Origin: a virus
DNA: 64,000 nucleotides
Virus record (IMG/VR): IMGVR_UViG_3300010354_000061
Coordinates: 14,848-78,847 of that record
Direction: 5' to 3' (one strand)
Positions 39,629-48,569 of this stretch are shown here, one piece after another; position 1 is the first letter of the stretch; every line of letters starts with the position of its first letter. The notes under the pieces are model-generated. The model had not been told where the DNA came from and searched no databases. It saw only the letters and a program-made list of their open reading frames with translations. A program made the translations under genes and the position numbers.

Positions 39629-40547
39629 TCTTTACGCCAAATTTATTCAAAACGAGCAAAAAAGGCTAAAAAATTCAACGGTCGTTGCTTCTCGGTATTT
39701 GAGCGAAGCTCAAACTACACCTGGAGCGGGAGCTCCAGGACCCACCTCAGGGGGCGGAGCTCGAAGTGGTATGGGAGGATTACCTCTCAAACCTCGCTAT
39801 ACTATTCGAGATGGGAAAATTGTTCCAAAAGAACCAACTGTATCTCCTTCTGCCTCTCCTACAAAACCTAAACCCGAATTGAAAATGGAACCGTTACAGG
39901 TTGGAAAAGCAGTAGTAGGAGCAGCCGGCTTGGTAGGCGGAGGGGCAGCAATTCTCAGTGGAACAGAAAAAAGAAAAGAAGCAGAAGCAGAGAGAGCCCC
40001 AAAGCAAGAAACACCAGTAGCAGAGCCGCCAAAAAAAGAACCTCCAAAAGCTGAAGTATCTCCAGAGCCTTCGAAGCCAGAAGCTGCAGCAGAAGCTCCA
40101 AAATCTAGCGAAGAAGATGAAGAAGCAGAAAAGTATGTTGCTCCTGTTGAGAGAAGATATCGCTCCATCAAGAAAGAATCTCTTGAACGTTTCATCAACG
40201 TGCAAAAGCCACGTGTTCCAAACAGCTCCAAGTTTCCAGATGTTTTTACAGAACAAGAAGCTGTTAAGGCCCAACCTATTAAAGCAAAGCCTGTCTCTGA
40301 TGAGGTAAAGGCAGAACCAGTTAAGTCTGGAACTGAACTTGATTCAGAGCTTGAAGATATGCCAGGAACTGATCCAAAGGAGCAAGGAGCTAAGTTTCAG
40401 CCCGTAACAAGAAGTCCCGAGTACATGGATTACTTAAGACAGAACCAGGAAAAAATTATAGCAGCCAAGCGTGCACGTGAAGAGGCTGGAGCATTCAAGT
40501 CCAAAATCCAAGCTTCAAGCACTTCAGCTGACGTAGATTCTCTTTAG
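39612..40547 (+). CDS. Putative internal head protein, low complexity (start reassigned to 39612)
   Basis: MTKKIDLYAKFIQNEQKRL...LSEA leader; Pro/Glu/Lys-rich. Confidence 0.55.
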   Translation: MTKKIDLYAKFIQNEQKRLKNSTVVASRYLSEAQTTPGAGAPGPTSGGGARSGMGGLPLKPRYTIRDGKIVPKEPTVSPSASPTKPKPELKMEPLQVGKAVVGAAGLVGGGAAILSGTEKRKEAEAERAPKQETPVAEPPKKEPPKAEVSPEPSKPEAAAEAPKSSEEDEEAEKYVAPVERRYRSIKKESLERFINVQKPRVPNSSKFPDVFTEQEAVKAQPIKAKPVSDEVKAEPVKSGTELDSELEDMPGTDPKEQGAKFQPVTRSPEYMDYLRQNQEKIIAAKRAREEAGAFKSKIQASSTSADVDSL

Positions 40548-40700
40548 GATTTTACAAACATTATCGGCAAGCCAAACGCGGGCACATACCCTTAACAAAT
40601 CGTTTGGCTCGTTGTCTACAATGTGCAGCAACTTCTTGATCAAATCTGTATCACAATTTTCATAACGAAGTTCAGAAATGAATTCTGGTGTTATTTCCAT
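40524..40700 (-). CDS. Small hypothetical protein (58 aa; not in ORF track)
   Basis: AAGGAG RBS; MEITPEFISELRYENCDTDLIKKLLHIVDNEPNDLLRVCARVWLAD. Confidence 0.55.
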   Translation of the reverse strand: MEITPEFISELRYENCDTDLIKKLLHIVDNEPNDLLRVCARVWLADNVCKILKRIYVS

Positions 40701-40837
40701 TCTGCTCTCCTTAATAGGTGCCGGTTACGCACTTCCGGCGAACTCTAGGAATGCTACGCGCATTCACACCGACAGAGGTTTTGGTCACATACAGGGTTCG
40801 CTTCCGGAACTCCCCCAGTATGCCAAATCATGTTGTT

Positions 40838-40931
40838 CCGCGTTGACTAACCGCTTAGCCGGCCACTTAGTAGCAACCCAAAGCGCGGCGGTTAGTTTCG
40901 ACCCCTTCCCGGGTCATCGTCAGAACGCTGG
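40838..40931 (-). ncRNA. Type I hammerhead ribozyme
   Basis: GCGTT-CTGACGA-(T)GACCC/GGGTC-GAAA-CTAACCGC/GCGGTTAG-TC-AACGC; all core nucleotides, three stems and a GUC cleavage triplet. Confidence 0.88.
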
Positions 40932-41354
40932 TTATTCGGCCTTTGTAAAAAAGGCTCTCATTAACTGCTCATCGGTCCAGCTTGAAATATAATCATTATC
41001 TTCCCTACAAATTTGAAGCGCTTCTTCTTTTGTAACAACACGGTGACTGAGGATTGTTTCACCAAGATCTTTTTGACTAAACTCTTTCGCTTCTTGGTAT
41101 GTTACATCATCAAGCGCCCATTCAGCTTTTCCTTTGGGAACTTCAACACAGTACCGCATGCGATAGGTTTGAACACACTCAACAAGAACAAGTTCGGTTT
41201 CTTGTTCCTCTACCTTCGACAGTGAGTAAGAACCGTCGCCGTTGTCTTTCCAACGAAGAGTGTCACCCGGTGACCATCCTACAGCTTGCATCTCTTCGTT
41301 GGAAAATTCAATAAACTGCTCGCCGTTTGGTAAGGCTTGAATTCGCTTCATCAT
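40932..41354 (-). CDS. Protein with N-terminal AbrB/SpoVT-like domain
   Basis: IEF...M..VGW.PGDTLRW.D..DGS..L.K. Confidence 0.6.
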   Translation of the reverse strand: MMKRIQALPNGEQFIEFSNEEMQAVGWSPGDTLRWKDNGDGSYSLSKVEEQETELVLVECVQTYRMRYCVEVPKGKAEWALDDVTYQEAKEFSQKDLGETILSHRVVTKEEALQICREDNDYISSWTDEQLMRAFFTKAE

Positions 41355-41566
41355 AATATAAAGTACTCCTTATCGCTTGTCGGTCTGATCCAGTTCGTCT
41401 TTGACACCTGGACTAATCATATTAGGATCGGAAGGATTACGCTTCTTCGAATTCCACAGCTTGTATCCAACATAAACAAACAGTAGAATTCCTACGAAAA
41501 TAAGAAGATTTTCCATTATAGCCCTTTCTTGATAAGAGGGAACATCCCTCTAGCCAAGTATATAGG

Positions 41567-41830
41567 CTATACGCCGAGCCCCATTCCTGCCATAATAAAG
41601 TCCTGAGTTTTTTTCAAAACAACAGCTTTATTGTCCGTTGCGTGGATAGCAGCAATGATCTCATCCTTGCGTTTCTGTTTGCCACCACCTTGCTGAATCA
41701 CGTCTTGGCAAATTCCACGAAATTCATTAATACCAGCTTTATCATACTGCTCGTACAGCATGGAGAGCGTGTTGTTGCCAAGCGTATCATTCTTAAGCCG
41801 CGGCTTGCTAGATTTCTGAGTTGCGAACAT
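41567..41830 (-). CDS. Hypothetical protein
   Basis: ORF in minus-strand early region. Confidence 0.55.
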   Translation of the reverse strand: MFATQKSSKPRLKNDTLGNNTLSMLYEQYDKAGINEFRGICQDVIQQGGGKQKRKDEIIAAIHATDNKAVVLKKTQDFIMAGMGLGV

Positions 41831-41986
41831 TAGTGCACCGTTTCCCGTTTGTCATTATAAAGAAAGTTAATTGCATCATATACGAGATTGACGTCACAGT
41901 CAAGCGACAGTGCAATCTGTTCAGAATCCATTCCAGATTCAAACATTTCGGTGATTTCCATCACAAGTTGTTTCATGTAGCTCATT

Positions 41987-42175
41987 TTAGTCCGTATAAA
42001 CAGTCACTTCAACGGTACCGTCTGTATTGCGACGGACCCGGCCTCCGAATGGAGCCTTTCCCCAACCATCACATTCACGAATCAGATCATAGTCAGACTT
42101 GTTTGCATCGCTTTCTTCAAGCTTGATAGTGTATACATCCCTGTTGTATTGTGTTGAACTCTTAATAATTTTCAT
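41987..42175 (-). CDS. Hypothetical protein
   Basis: Directly behind early promoter at 42206. Confidence 0.55.
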   Translation of the reverse strand: MKIIKSSTQYNRDVYTIKLEESDANKSDYDLIRECDGWGKAPFGGRVRRNTDGTVEVTVYTD

Positions 42176-42546
42176 AACGCAATTATCCTTCGTTTTGACA
42201 TTAATGTCAACTATTTACTGATTACCCCCAGAACAGGTATTTGGCCGCAACAGCAATGAACATCAGATAGGCAACGATCTTAATCAAGCCCCAGATGCCA
42301 TCCCATACAATTGACCACTCGTTGGTTGTCATAATGTCTCCACGATGTATGTGAGAGCCACAATCAGCAAGAAGTCAGCTGGCGTCATTTGCATGCCTTT
42401 CACTAAAAGTTTTCATCCATTCAACGACAAGCTCACGTGCTTCCATTTTTTTCACGCCAAACGCTTCTTGAACATACGGCGTAGCACCAAACATGTTGAC
42501 AATCCCAGATTCACGCAGATCGTCAAGAAACTGAAACACTTCTTCC

Positions 42547-42903
42547 TTATTCATGATTGCTCCTCAAAGAACCTGCACCATTATCACCAGCCATTCCTAC
42601 AGACCCACCAACACCACCGACACCTCCAACACCGATAGAAACAGATCCAATCGGACTGATATCCAACCACTCACCACATGGAGCTTCCGGATTGAAGTCG
42701 TTTCTCACCTTGTTAATACCATATTCCTCTACAACAAACGAATCCCAAGGCTGAATAACATAGTCCGGCTCACGCTGCGTCTGCCGAGCGCGGATAGTTT
42801 TTTCGGCGCGTAGCGCCGCTTCGCGCGTGGAAAAACACCCAATGATGTACTTTTGCATCGCTAACCTGTTCACTACACCATGCAGCACGTAAACTTTCTC
42901 CAT
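42547..42903 (-). CDS. Hypothetical protein
   Basis: KVYVL...IIG.FSTRE.A motif common in small phage proteins. Confidence 0.5.
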   Translation of the reverse strand: MEKVYVLHGVVNRLAMQKYIIGCFSTREAALRAEKTIRARQTQREPDYVIQPWDSFVVEEYGINKVRNDFNPEAPCGEWLDISPIGSVSIGVGGVGGVGGSVGMAGDNGAGSLRSNHE

Positions 42904-42974
42904 CTCACACCCCCAAAAATCACCAAATGACGGTTATACAATACCAAAGAAAAGAAAAAATGACAACATCAAGA

Positions 42975-43205
42975 ATAATACGGCTAAAAAAGCGGGCCCC
43001 CGCAGTTTTAGCGGGCCCCCACACAGAATCATGCGGTTAAAAAAGCCCCCCCGCGTTTTTTTGCGGGCGCCCGGGTAGTTTATAGAACATGGTGGGGAAT
43101 CATGCGGTTAAAAATGGGGGCCCCCGGAGTTAATTGGAGGAAGCGATGTGAATTTTACTAGAAACGCGTAAACCCCCTGTTTAAAAATGCCCCCGCCGGG
43201 GTTCA
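42975..43205. repeat. Non-coding locus of alternating A/T and G/C tracts with direct repeats
   Basis: GAATCATGCGGTTAAAAA at 43026 and 43097; AGCGGGCCCCC at 42991 and 43010. Confidence 0.8.
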
Positions 43206-43293
43206 GCCTACAGCCTGTCCGCAACAATCTGCAGGAAGACAACAGCTGTGCCTATGTTGCAGACGACGCCAATGATCCAGTCTCCGAAGTCGT

Positions 43294-43569
43294 TCATTGC
43301 ACCGTCATCCTTGCAAACGCGATCTCCATCTCCGCAATGTACTCCTGAAGGAGGTCCGCGATGTCGTTGCACATTGCCATCTGCTTGGCAGACCGTTTCG
43401 CCAGCATCTGCTTCGCATCGTCAAACGACACGGTGTCGATGGGGTTAGTGACTACGTACTTCTCCGACTTTGAGAGGGCCGCCAGAAGGTCGACAGCCCT
43501 ATCAGCACAGCCGAAGCACATAGCGACCGTGTCATTGTACAGCCGGTCAGAGACGATCACTCGATACAT
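43294..43569 (-). CDS. Hypothetical protein
   Basis: Coupled ORF in early cluster. Confidence 0.55.
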   Translation of the reverse strand: MYRVIVSDRLYNDTVAMCFGCADRAVDLLAALSKSEKYVVTNPIDTVSFDDAKQMLAKRSAKQMAMCNDIADLLQEYIAEMEIAFARMTVQ

Positions 43570-43766
43570 TACGCCTTCTCCTTCTGAAACACGCTCGATT
43601 CCAGCAGGACCGCAGTGACATGATCACGCTCACACTTCGACAGCTTGGTGAACATCGATACCATCATCGACTCGAAGTAGCCCGCAGCAAACGCGTGAGA
43701 GTCGTACTTCTCGAGAGCAGCCTTCTTCCACAGTTCCACGACAGACTTGAAGTTTTCGACGTTCAT
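43569..43766 (-). CDS. Hypothetical protein
   Basis: AAGGAG RBS, promoter at 43815; YDSHAFAAGYFESM. Confidence 0.6.
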   Translation of the reverse strand: MNVENFKSVVELWKKAALEKYDSHAFAAGYFESMMVSMFTKLSKCERDHVTAVLLESSVFQKEKA

Positions 43767-43990
43767 GTGTTCTCCTTGATTGGAAAGTCCAGTATACTGA
43801 GCTGTCACAATTAGGTCAACTCAGTCCAGCTCATTCCCAATAAAGTCGTTCGCCAGCATCATCTGCCGGACCTCATCCTCAGCCATCCAGCCAACACACG
43901 CCCTGATCAGCATGTCCTTGTCAATTGCACCCTCTTCAACCCAGTCAAGCAGCTGGTGCGTGTACTTCCGCGAGACAAAAGGATGCGTCA

Positions 43991-44272
43991 TTAGTAGCAA
44001 TCCTCAGCAGAACCGTAATCCTCATCCGTCCCCCAACCAGCCGACGCCAGAGCCTGCCCATCGGCGTACGCATCGTCGTCCTCGTACGCATCGTCGTCAA
44101 CCCAGCTGAGGTCCATCGCCACATCCCTGCAGAGCTCCTCATCGAACTCCTCAGCTGTCAGCAGGACCGGCTCAGCCGCATCGTAGCCACGGAACCCACC
44201 AATCCAGTTCCTGTTCTGAACGTACGCCCAGTTGAGGTAGAAATTAAGCTTCTCGTGCGGTTGCATTTCCAT
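43991..44272 (-). CDS. Acidic hypothetical protein
   Basis: Ends ALASAGWGTDEDYG; RBS and promoter at 44323. Confidence 0.6.
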   Translation of the reverse strand: MEMQPHEKLNFYLNWAYVQNRNWIGGFRGYDAAEPVLLTAEEFDEELCRDVAMDLSWVDDDAYEDDDAYADGQALASAGWGTDEDYGSAEDCY

Positions 44273-44323
44273 CTGTCGTCTCCTTAGTCAGTAAGGACAG
44301 CATACGGTATTGTCAAAATATTG

Positions 44324-44647
44324 TCAACTCGAGGTGTGTGAGCACTTACCCCTGTAGTAGAACCCTGGACACGTACACCGGATCTTGCCATTTTTCTCGG
44401 AAACATAGTATACTTTACCGTTTTTCCCACTGACTGGCGTGCCTTCCTCCTTGATTTCGTCAGGAACAGACCGTAAAACCTTGAATTTACGGCCTTTTCT
44501 GTCGAATTTGATCGGCCCATGCAGCGTGATCTTCTCTTTTGACCCCTCTGGAATGTATGCAAACAGCTCGGTCATCGAGTCGTTGAGAAAGTACTCGTGG
44601 TTTGGCGTGCTGCCTTCCCACTCAGTCGTCTCGAGAACGTGCTTCAT
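44324..44647 (-). CDS. SWIM zinc-finger protein
   Basis: CTCPGFYYRGKCSH. Confidence 0.7.
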   Translation of the reverse strand: MKHVLETTEWEGSTPNHEYFLNDSMTELFAYIPEGSKEKITLHGPIKFDRKGRKFKVLRSVPDEIKEEGTPVSGKNGKVYYVSEKNGKIRCTCPGFYYRGKCSHTSS

Positions 44648-44850
44648 TGCATCAGCAGCCGGGCTTCCACGCTCTTCACCCAGCCTGAAACATCGCTGGT
44701 CCCGATCTCTTCCACGCTGCCGACGAACTCAGCGACCTCGTTTGCAGCGTTCAGAACAGCCTCAGGACCGTAGCTGGACAGCATATCGCAGCGTTGCATG
44801 CAGATTCGGTTGAGAATCGCGTTGGCGACAATAGCACTCATTACACACAC
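44644..44850 (-). CDS. Hypothetical protein
   Basis: GAGGAG RBS; VEEIGTSDVSGW. Confidence 0.55.
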   Translation of the reverse strand: MCVMSAIVANAILNRICMQRCDMLSSYGPEAVLNAANEVAEFVGSVEEIGTSDVSGWVKSVEARLLMQ

Positions 44851-45494
44851 TCCTCAGTAGCTGCATTGCACAGCATGTTGACGTACGCACAGAACTCTTC
44901 CGTTTCCCGCCAGGCCTGCTCTTCGAGCTCGATCTGGTGTTGCAGGGCAGCAAAAACGTCGTCTTCGTTCATATGTGATCTCCTCATAACGTAGGACCAC
45001 TATCGCATTTCCACAAAATATTGTCAACCGGTTGCCTTCTTTTTGTCAATCCCAGATAGTATCCCCATCGGTTCGAACGGCGATGTCCGGGGATGGACGG
45101 CGAGAGCGGATCAATGGTTAGTAACCACTTACCCCCCGGTTGACCTAAATTCAGAGTTCGTTGCCAATACAGGATTTTGCAGAAAGGTAAGTGGCCACTC
45201 ACCTACCTACGGTGATGAGTGTGCAGAGATGTGCAGCTGGAAGGCAGCGATTGTCAGCGGCTGGGAGAGCTGCTGACTACCCACACCGCTACCAGTCTAA
45301 ATATATGGTTAGTGAGTACTTACGGATTTTGGTTTACATACAATTGCCGGGAATCCAGCCTATGACACCGCTAGAACACCATCTACGGAACGTACAATGC
45401 TTCAAGCGATGCATGACTAACCTATTGGTGAGAGATCCGGTCACTAACACTGTTCTCAATAGGTTCCTTGATGATCAGCTTGCTTATGGACTTG

Positions 45495-45725
45495 CTACTT
45501 GTAATGGTCTTCACACAGCATGGCAATCTTGGCTCTCACCTCATCACCGAAGATAGATGCAAGAGTCGTTTCAGCTAGGTCCTGATGATAGCGAATCCGA
45601 TCGTCATTGGGTAAGGGATCCAGGCCGTTCTTCTTGTCATCATTGTCATACATCTCTACGGTTTCCATAGCATCTTCAAAGCACAAAACAGCTACCTGGT
45701 TTACAAGCTCATCAAACGTTGTCAT
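45495..45725 (-). CDS. Hypothetical protein
   Basis: AGGAGG RBS. Confidence 0.55.
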   Translation of the reverse strand: MTTFDELVNQVAVLCFEDAMETVEMYDNDDKKNGLDPLPNDDRIRYHQDLAETTLASIFGDEVRAKIAMLCEDHYK

Positions 45726-45930
45726 TGTTGCCTCCTAGATTCCAAAACTGAATGATTGCATCGCCCATCTCATCTGTGTAGTACGTATCATAGATTGACA
45801 CTACATCCTGCTTCAAGAACTCGATGACAGCTTGTTGAAAGTGCCAATCATCAACATCGATTCCAAGATCTTGACACACATCCGCAATATGATCAACCAC
45901 GTCATCCGGTATATTAACAGTGATTTCCAT
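45712..45930 (-). CDS. Hypothetical protein
   Basis: GAGGA RBS; acidic. Confidence 0.55.
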   Translation of the reverse strand: MEITVNIPDDVVDHIADVCQDLGIDVDDWHFQQAVIEFLKQDVVSIYDTYYTDEMGDAIIQFWNLGGNNDNV

Positions 45931-45936
45931 GATTCC

Positions 45937-46803
45937 TCAGTTAGCAAGAACATACTCAGCAAGCTTCTCCCAACCAGGCTGGCCAGAAGCACGAATCTTC
46001 GTAACGGTGATCAGACTACGAAGCGACAGGTCACTACACTGCTCACGATTCCGCTTGAGCAAGTCAAGAGCCTCGAGCTTGTACGTGACCGGAATGTTCG
46101 GCAAGAACCCCTCAGAACGGAGAATCGTGTCCATCCGCTCGATCTTCTGATCAGCAGTCATCTCCAAGTCAATACAAATAGAACGCGTACGCAAAGCCTG
46201 ACCGATCTTGTCCTGCGACTTGTTCGAAATGAAGATCACAGCACCACGAAAGATGAAAGAACGCGGCAGCTGGTCGTCAACAGACGTGTTCCACGTGATC
46301 AAACGCTTGTCATACGAGTCAAGAGCACCCTTCAGCAGGTTCAACGCATCAGGATCGGTGAGAACAGAGTCACAATCGTCAAAGACGACAATGTTGTTCT
46401 GATTCTCGAACAACACACGATACAAGCCCTTCGCAGTCGAGAAACCCTTGATAATCCGGAAAGACTTCATCCCAGCAATAGACGTGCCAAGATCCAACTC
46501 AGAGATGTCAGACAGACCAGCGGCCTTGAGACCGGACATCACAGCATGAGTCTTGCCAAGACCGCCAGGTCCCGTGATGATCATCGACGGAATCTGCTTC
46601 TGCGCGATCATCTGGATGATCTGGCCGATGTACTGAAACCGATCATTGATCGGAAACTGCTTCGCCTTCGATTCTTGCACCTCGCCCTCAGACTCGTACT
46701 GAGCGAGCTTGCTTTTGGCATAATATTTGTTTGCGCTGTCGAACACAGACTTGCCGTCGACAACGATATGCCACCTACCACCACGAAGTTCAAGTTTAGC
46801 CAT
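45937..46803 (-). CDS. P-loop/AAA+ ATPase-like protein
   Basis: Walker A GPGGLGKT, Walker B IVVFDDCD, LNLLKGALDS, IFISN. Confidence 0.8.
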   Translation of the reverse strand: MAKLELRGGRWHIVVDGKSVFDSANKYYAKSKLAQYESEGEVQESKAKQFPINDRFQYIGQIIQMIAQKQIPSMIITGPGGLGKTHAVMSGLKAAGLSDISELDLGTSIAGMKSFRIIKGFSTAKGLYRVLFENQNNIVVFDDCDSVLTDPDALNLLKGALDSYDKRLITWNTSVDDQLPRSFIFRGAVIFISNKSQDKIGQALRTRSICIDLEMTADQKIERMDTILRSEGFLPNIPVTYKLEALDLLKRNREQCSDLSLRSLITVTKIRASGQPGWEKLAEYVLAN

Positions 46804-46889
46804 TTGTGTAGTCCTCATCAGTAATAAGTAGACTATACCGCTGTGACAAATTTATGTCAACGGAAAAGAACACCAGAGGAATCAAGAGG

Positions 46890-47138
46890 TTAGAACGGTT
46901 TGGGATTGTGCTGAGTCTCGGCCCAGCGATTGTCACGGTACTCGAAATGCTTCTGAATTCGCTGGCCAGTCTGCCAATCGGTCATAGCCAAGCATTCCTG
47001 GATGATAGATTCAGCGAACTTTCGAACCTCATCGACGTCAGCATAACCACAGACGAAGTACCGACGTGGAGTCTCGAGGTCGTTATAGTTGAGCAAGCCA
47101 GCATCAGAAGCCAGCTTGAGGATCTTGTCGTTCACCAC
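46890..47138 (-). CDS. Hypothetical protein
   Basis: N..I..LA..AG...KFAE.IIQEC motif. Confidence 0.55.
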   Translation of the reverse strand: MVNDKILKLASDAGLLNYNDLETPRRYFVCGYADVDEVRKFAESIIQECLAMTDWQTGQRIQKHFEYRDNRWAETQHNPKPF

Positions 47139-47407
47139 TGATGTTCCACGACAAGATGGTCGACTTTCTGGATTGCAGACTCACCACCGACAGGCCGGTA
47201 GATCATCATCTCACCATCCCACTGATCCTGATCGAACAGCTTGTCTTCCGGTCCAACTACGGTGAAACGGACGACTCGGCCAGTGTGGTGGCTCTCGACA
47301 AAGAACTCCTTCGGAAAACAGCCAGCAAAGAACTCTGAAGCGAGGCGAAGCTGGCGACGCTCTTTGACATAGTCACAATGCTTGAGACTGACAGTAATCA
47401 GAGACAT
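47132..47407 (-). CDS. Hypothetical protein
   Basis: Behind promoter at 47458 with AAGGA RBS. Confidence 0.55.
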   Translation of the reverse strand: MSLITVSLKHCDYVKERRQLRLASEFFAGCFPKEFFVESHHTGRVVRFTVVGPEDKLFDQDQWDGEMMIYRPVGGESAIQKVDHLVVEHQW

Positions 47408-47462
47408 TTCGGTTCCTTTTTGATTGAACGGTCACAATACGGAATGGTCAAAATTAGGTCAA

Positions 47463-47738
47463 CTACTTCCAGATCCTATGCTTCTCAGCGACCCACTCCA
47501 TGCCGTCGTACTCCTGAATCGTCCACTCAACGTCATCAGGAATCTCGACGATCTTGAGATCGGAATAGTTGTCGTTGGCCTTCTCACCCAGCTGTTCAAC
47601 AACCTGGACAAGAGCCTCATCATCACGATAGACGTGAAAGCTGTTAAAGTCTTCCCCAGTCAGCTGTTTGAACAGATCCTCACCCTTATGGCTAAGGCCG
47701 AACCCACCATGACACTTGTTAATCACGACTTTTTGCAT
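47463..47738 (-). CDS. Conserved phage hypothetical protein
   Basis: KVVINKCHGGFGLS...RDD..LVQVVE.LG...LKIVEIPDDV.W.I.EYDG.EWVAE.HR.W. Confidence 0.7.
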   Translation of the reverse strand: MQKVVINKCHGGFGLSHKGEDLFKQLTGEDFNSFHVYRDDEALVQVVEQLGEKANDNYSDLKIVEIPDDVEWTIQEYDGMEWVAEKHRIWK

Positions 47739-47981
47739 TTACGTTAACTCCTGATGCACTTCAACAACCCTCTCAACATTCCTGCACTCAGCAATCAAGT
47801 CCATCGCCATTGCAGCGATGTCTTCAAATGCACGACGCTCTTCACGGCTCATATCATTGACAAACTCAAGAACCGCCTCTGGACTGTTGATCTGGGCCTC
47901 TCGCATCGCTGAAATAAGCTGATCGATCGCTCGGTGCGTGTTCTCGAACATGCAGTACGACATATTTGGATAGTTGTTCAC
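47739..47981 (-). CDS. Hypothetical protein
   Basis: NMSYCMFENT motif. Confidence 0.6.
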   Translation of the reverse strand: MNNYPNMSYCMFENTHRAIDQLISAMREAQINSPEAVLEFVNDMSREERRAFEDIAAMAMDLIAECRNVERVVEVHQELT

Positions 47982-48166
47982 ACAGCCTCCGGACAGTCAA
48001 CAGTACGCTGGAACGAATCAATCTTGCTATACCGATCACCCACTTCCTCGTGCGTTGCTAGTATCAGCTTCGCCTCAAACTTGTTGGCAGCATTCTTAGA
48101 CGAGAACACTTTGCAAAGAGATTCACGCTTCAGATGATCATATGCAGTGACAATAAACACTTTCAC
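47978..48166 (-). CDS. Hypothetical protein
   Basis: Behind promoter at 48217. Confidence 0.5.
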   Translation of the reverse strand: MKVFIVTAYDHLKRESLCKVFSSKNAANKFEAKLILATHEEVGDRYSKIDSFQRTVDCPEAV

Positions 48167-48217
48167 GTTTGTTCCTTTCTGATTGAAAGGCCATGATCTT
48201 ATAGTGACAAAATTAGG

Positions 48218-48430
48218 TCAACTGACGAGCTTGCCACGCTTTCCATATGCACCTCCAGCATAGTAGCTACACCACCCATCAGGGTCGATGTCTCCAGCTA
48301 CAGCTGTGCATTTGTTTGGATCACGCCACATCGTGCAATTGATGCACTTCTGCTTGTTCTTTGGGTGATCCTGGTAGTTTGCCTCAGACTTTGAGGACTT
48401 GGCTTCTGAAATGAATTCGATGAATCGCAT
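48218..48430 (-). CDS. High-potential iron-sulfur protein (HiPIP)-like with capsid-targeting-like leader
   Basis: YQDHPKNKQKCINC...PNKCTAVAGDIDPDGWCSYY (4 Cys, HiPIP spacing); leader MRFIEFISEA; AGGAGG RBS; TCTAAATA at 48453-48460. Confidence 0.8.
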   Translation of the reverse strand: MRFIEFISEAKSSKSEANYQDHPKNKQKCINCTMWRDPNKCTAVAGDIDPDGWCSYYAGGAYGKRGKLVS

Positions 48431-48569
48431 ACACACCTCCTAGCGTTTCATCTATTTAGAAAGAATGCCGGTTACGAGTCCGGCGCTAGCATTGTCGTCG
48501 TCTAGCCGTATCACGATTCGCTCTAAGTCACCCGAACGGTTTGGCGACCGTCACCGTCCTGGATACCAA

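Noticed and set aside
45066-45085. GGTTCGAAC as a tRNA T-loop
   Set aside because: No acceptor, D or anticodon arms
46811-46821. CTGATGAGGAC as a second hammerhead core
   Set aside because: No closing stem II or GAAA; it is the RBS region of the ATPase gene
45832-46824. 330-aa + strand ORF
   Set aside because: Antisense shadow of the ATPase gene; no motifs or RBS
48466-48486. GCCGGTTACGAGTCCGGC on + strand as twister P4 or tRNA T-arm
   Set aside because: Other twister elements and a cloverleaf were not found, and it is antisense to local transcription; kept only as an unassigned motif
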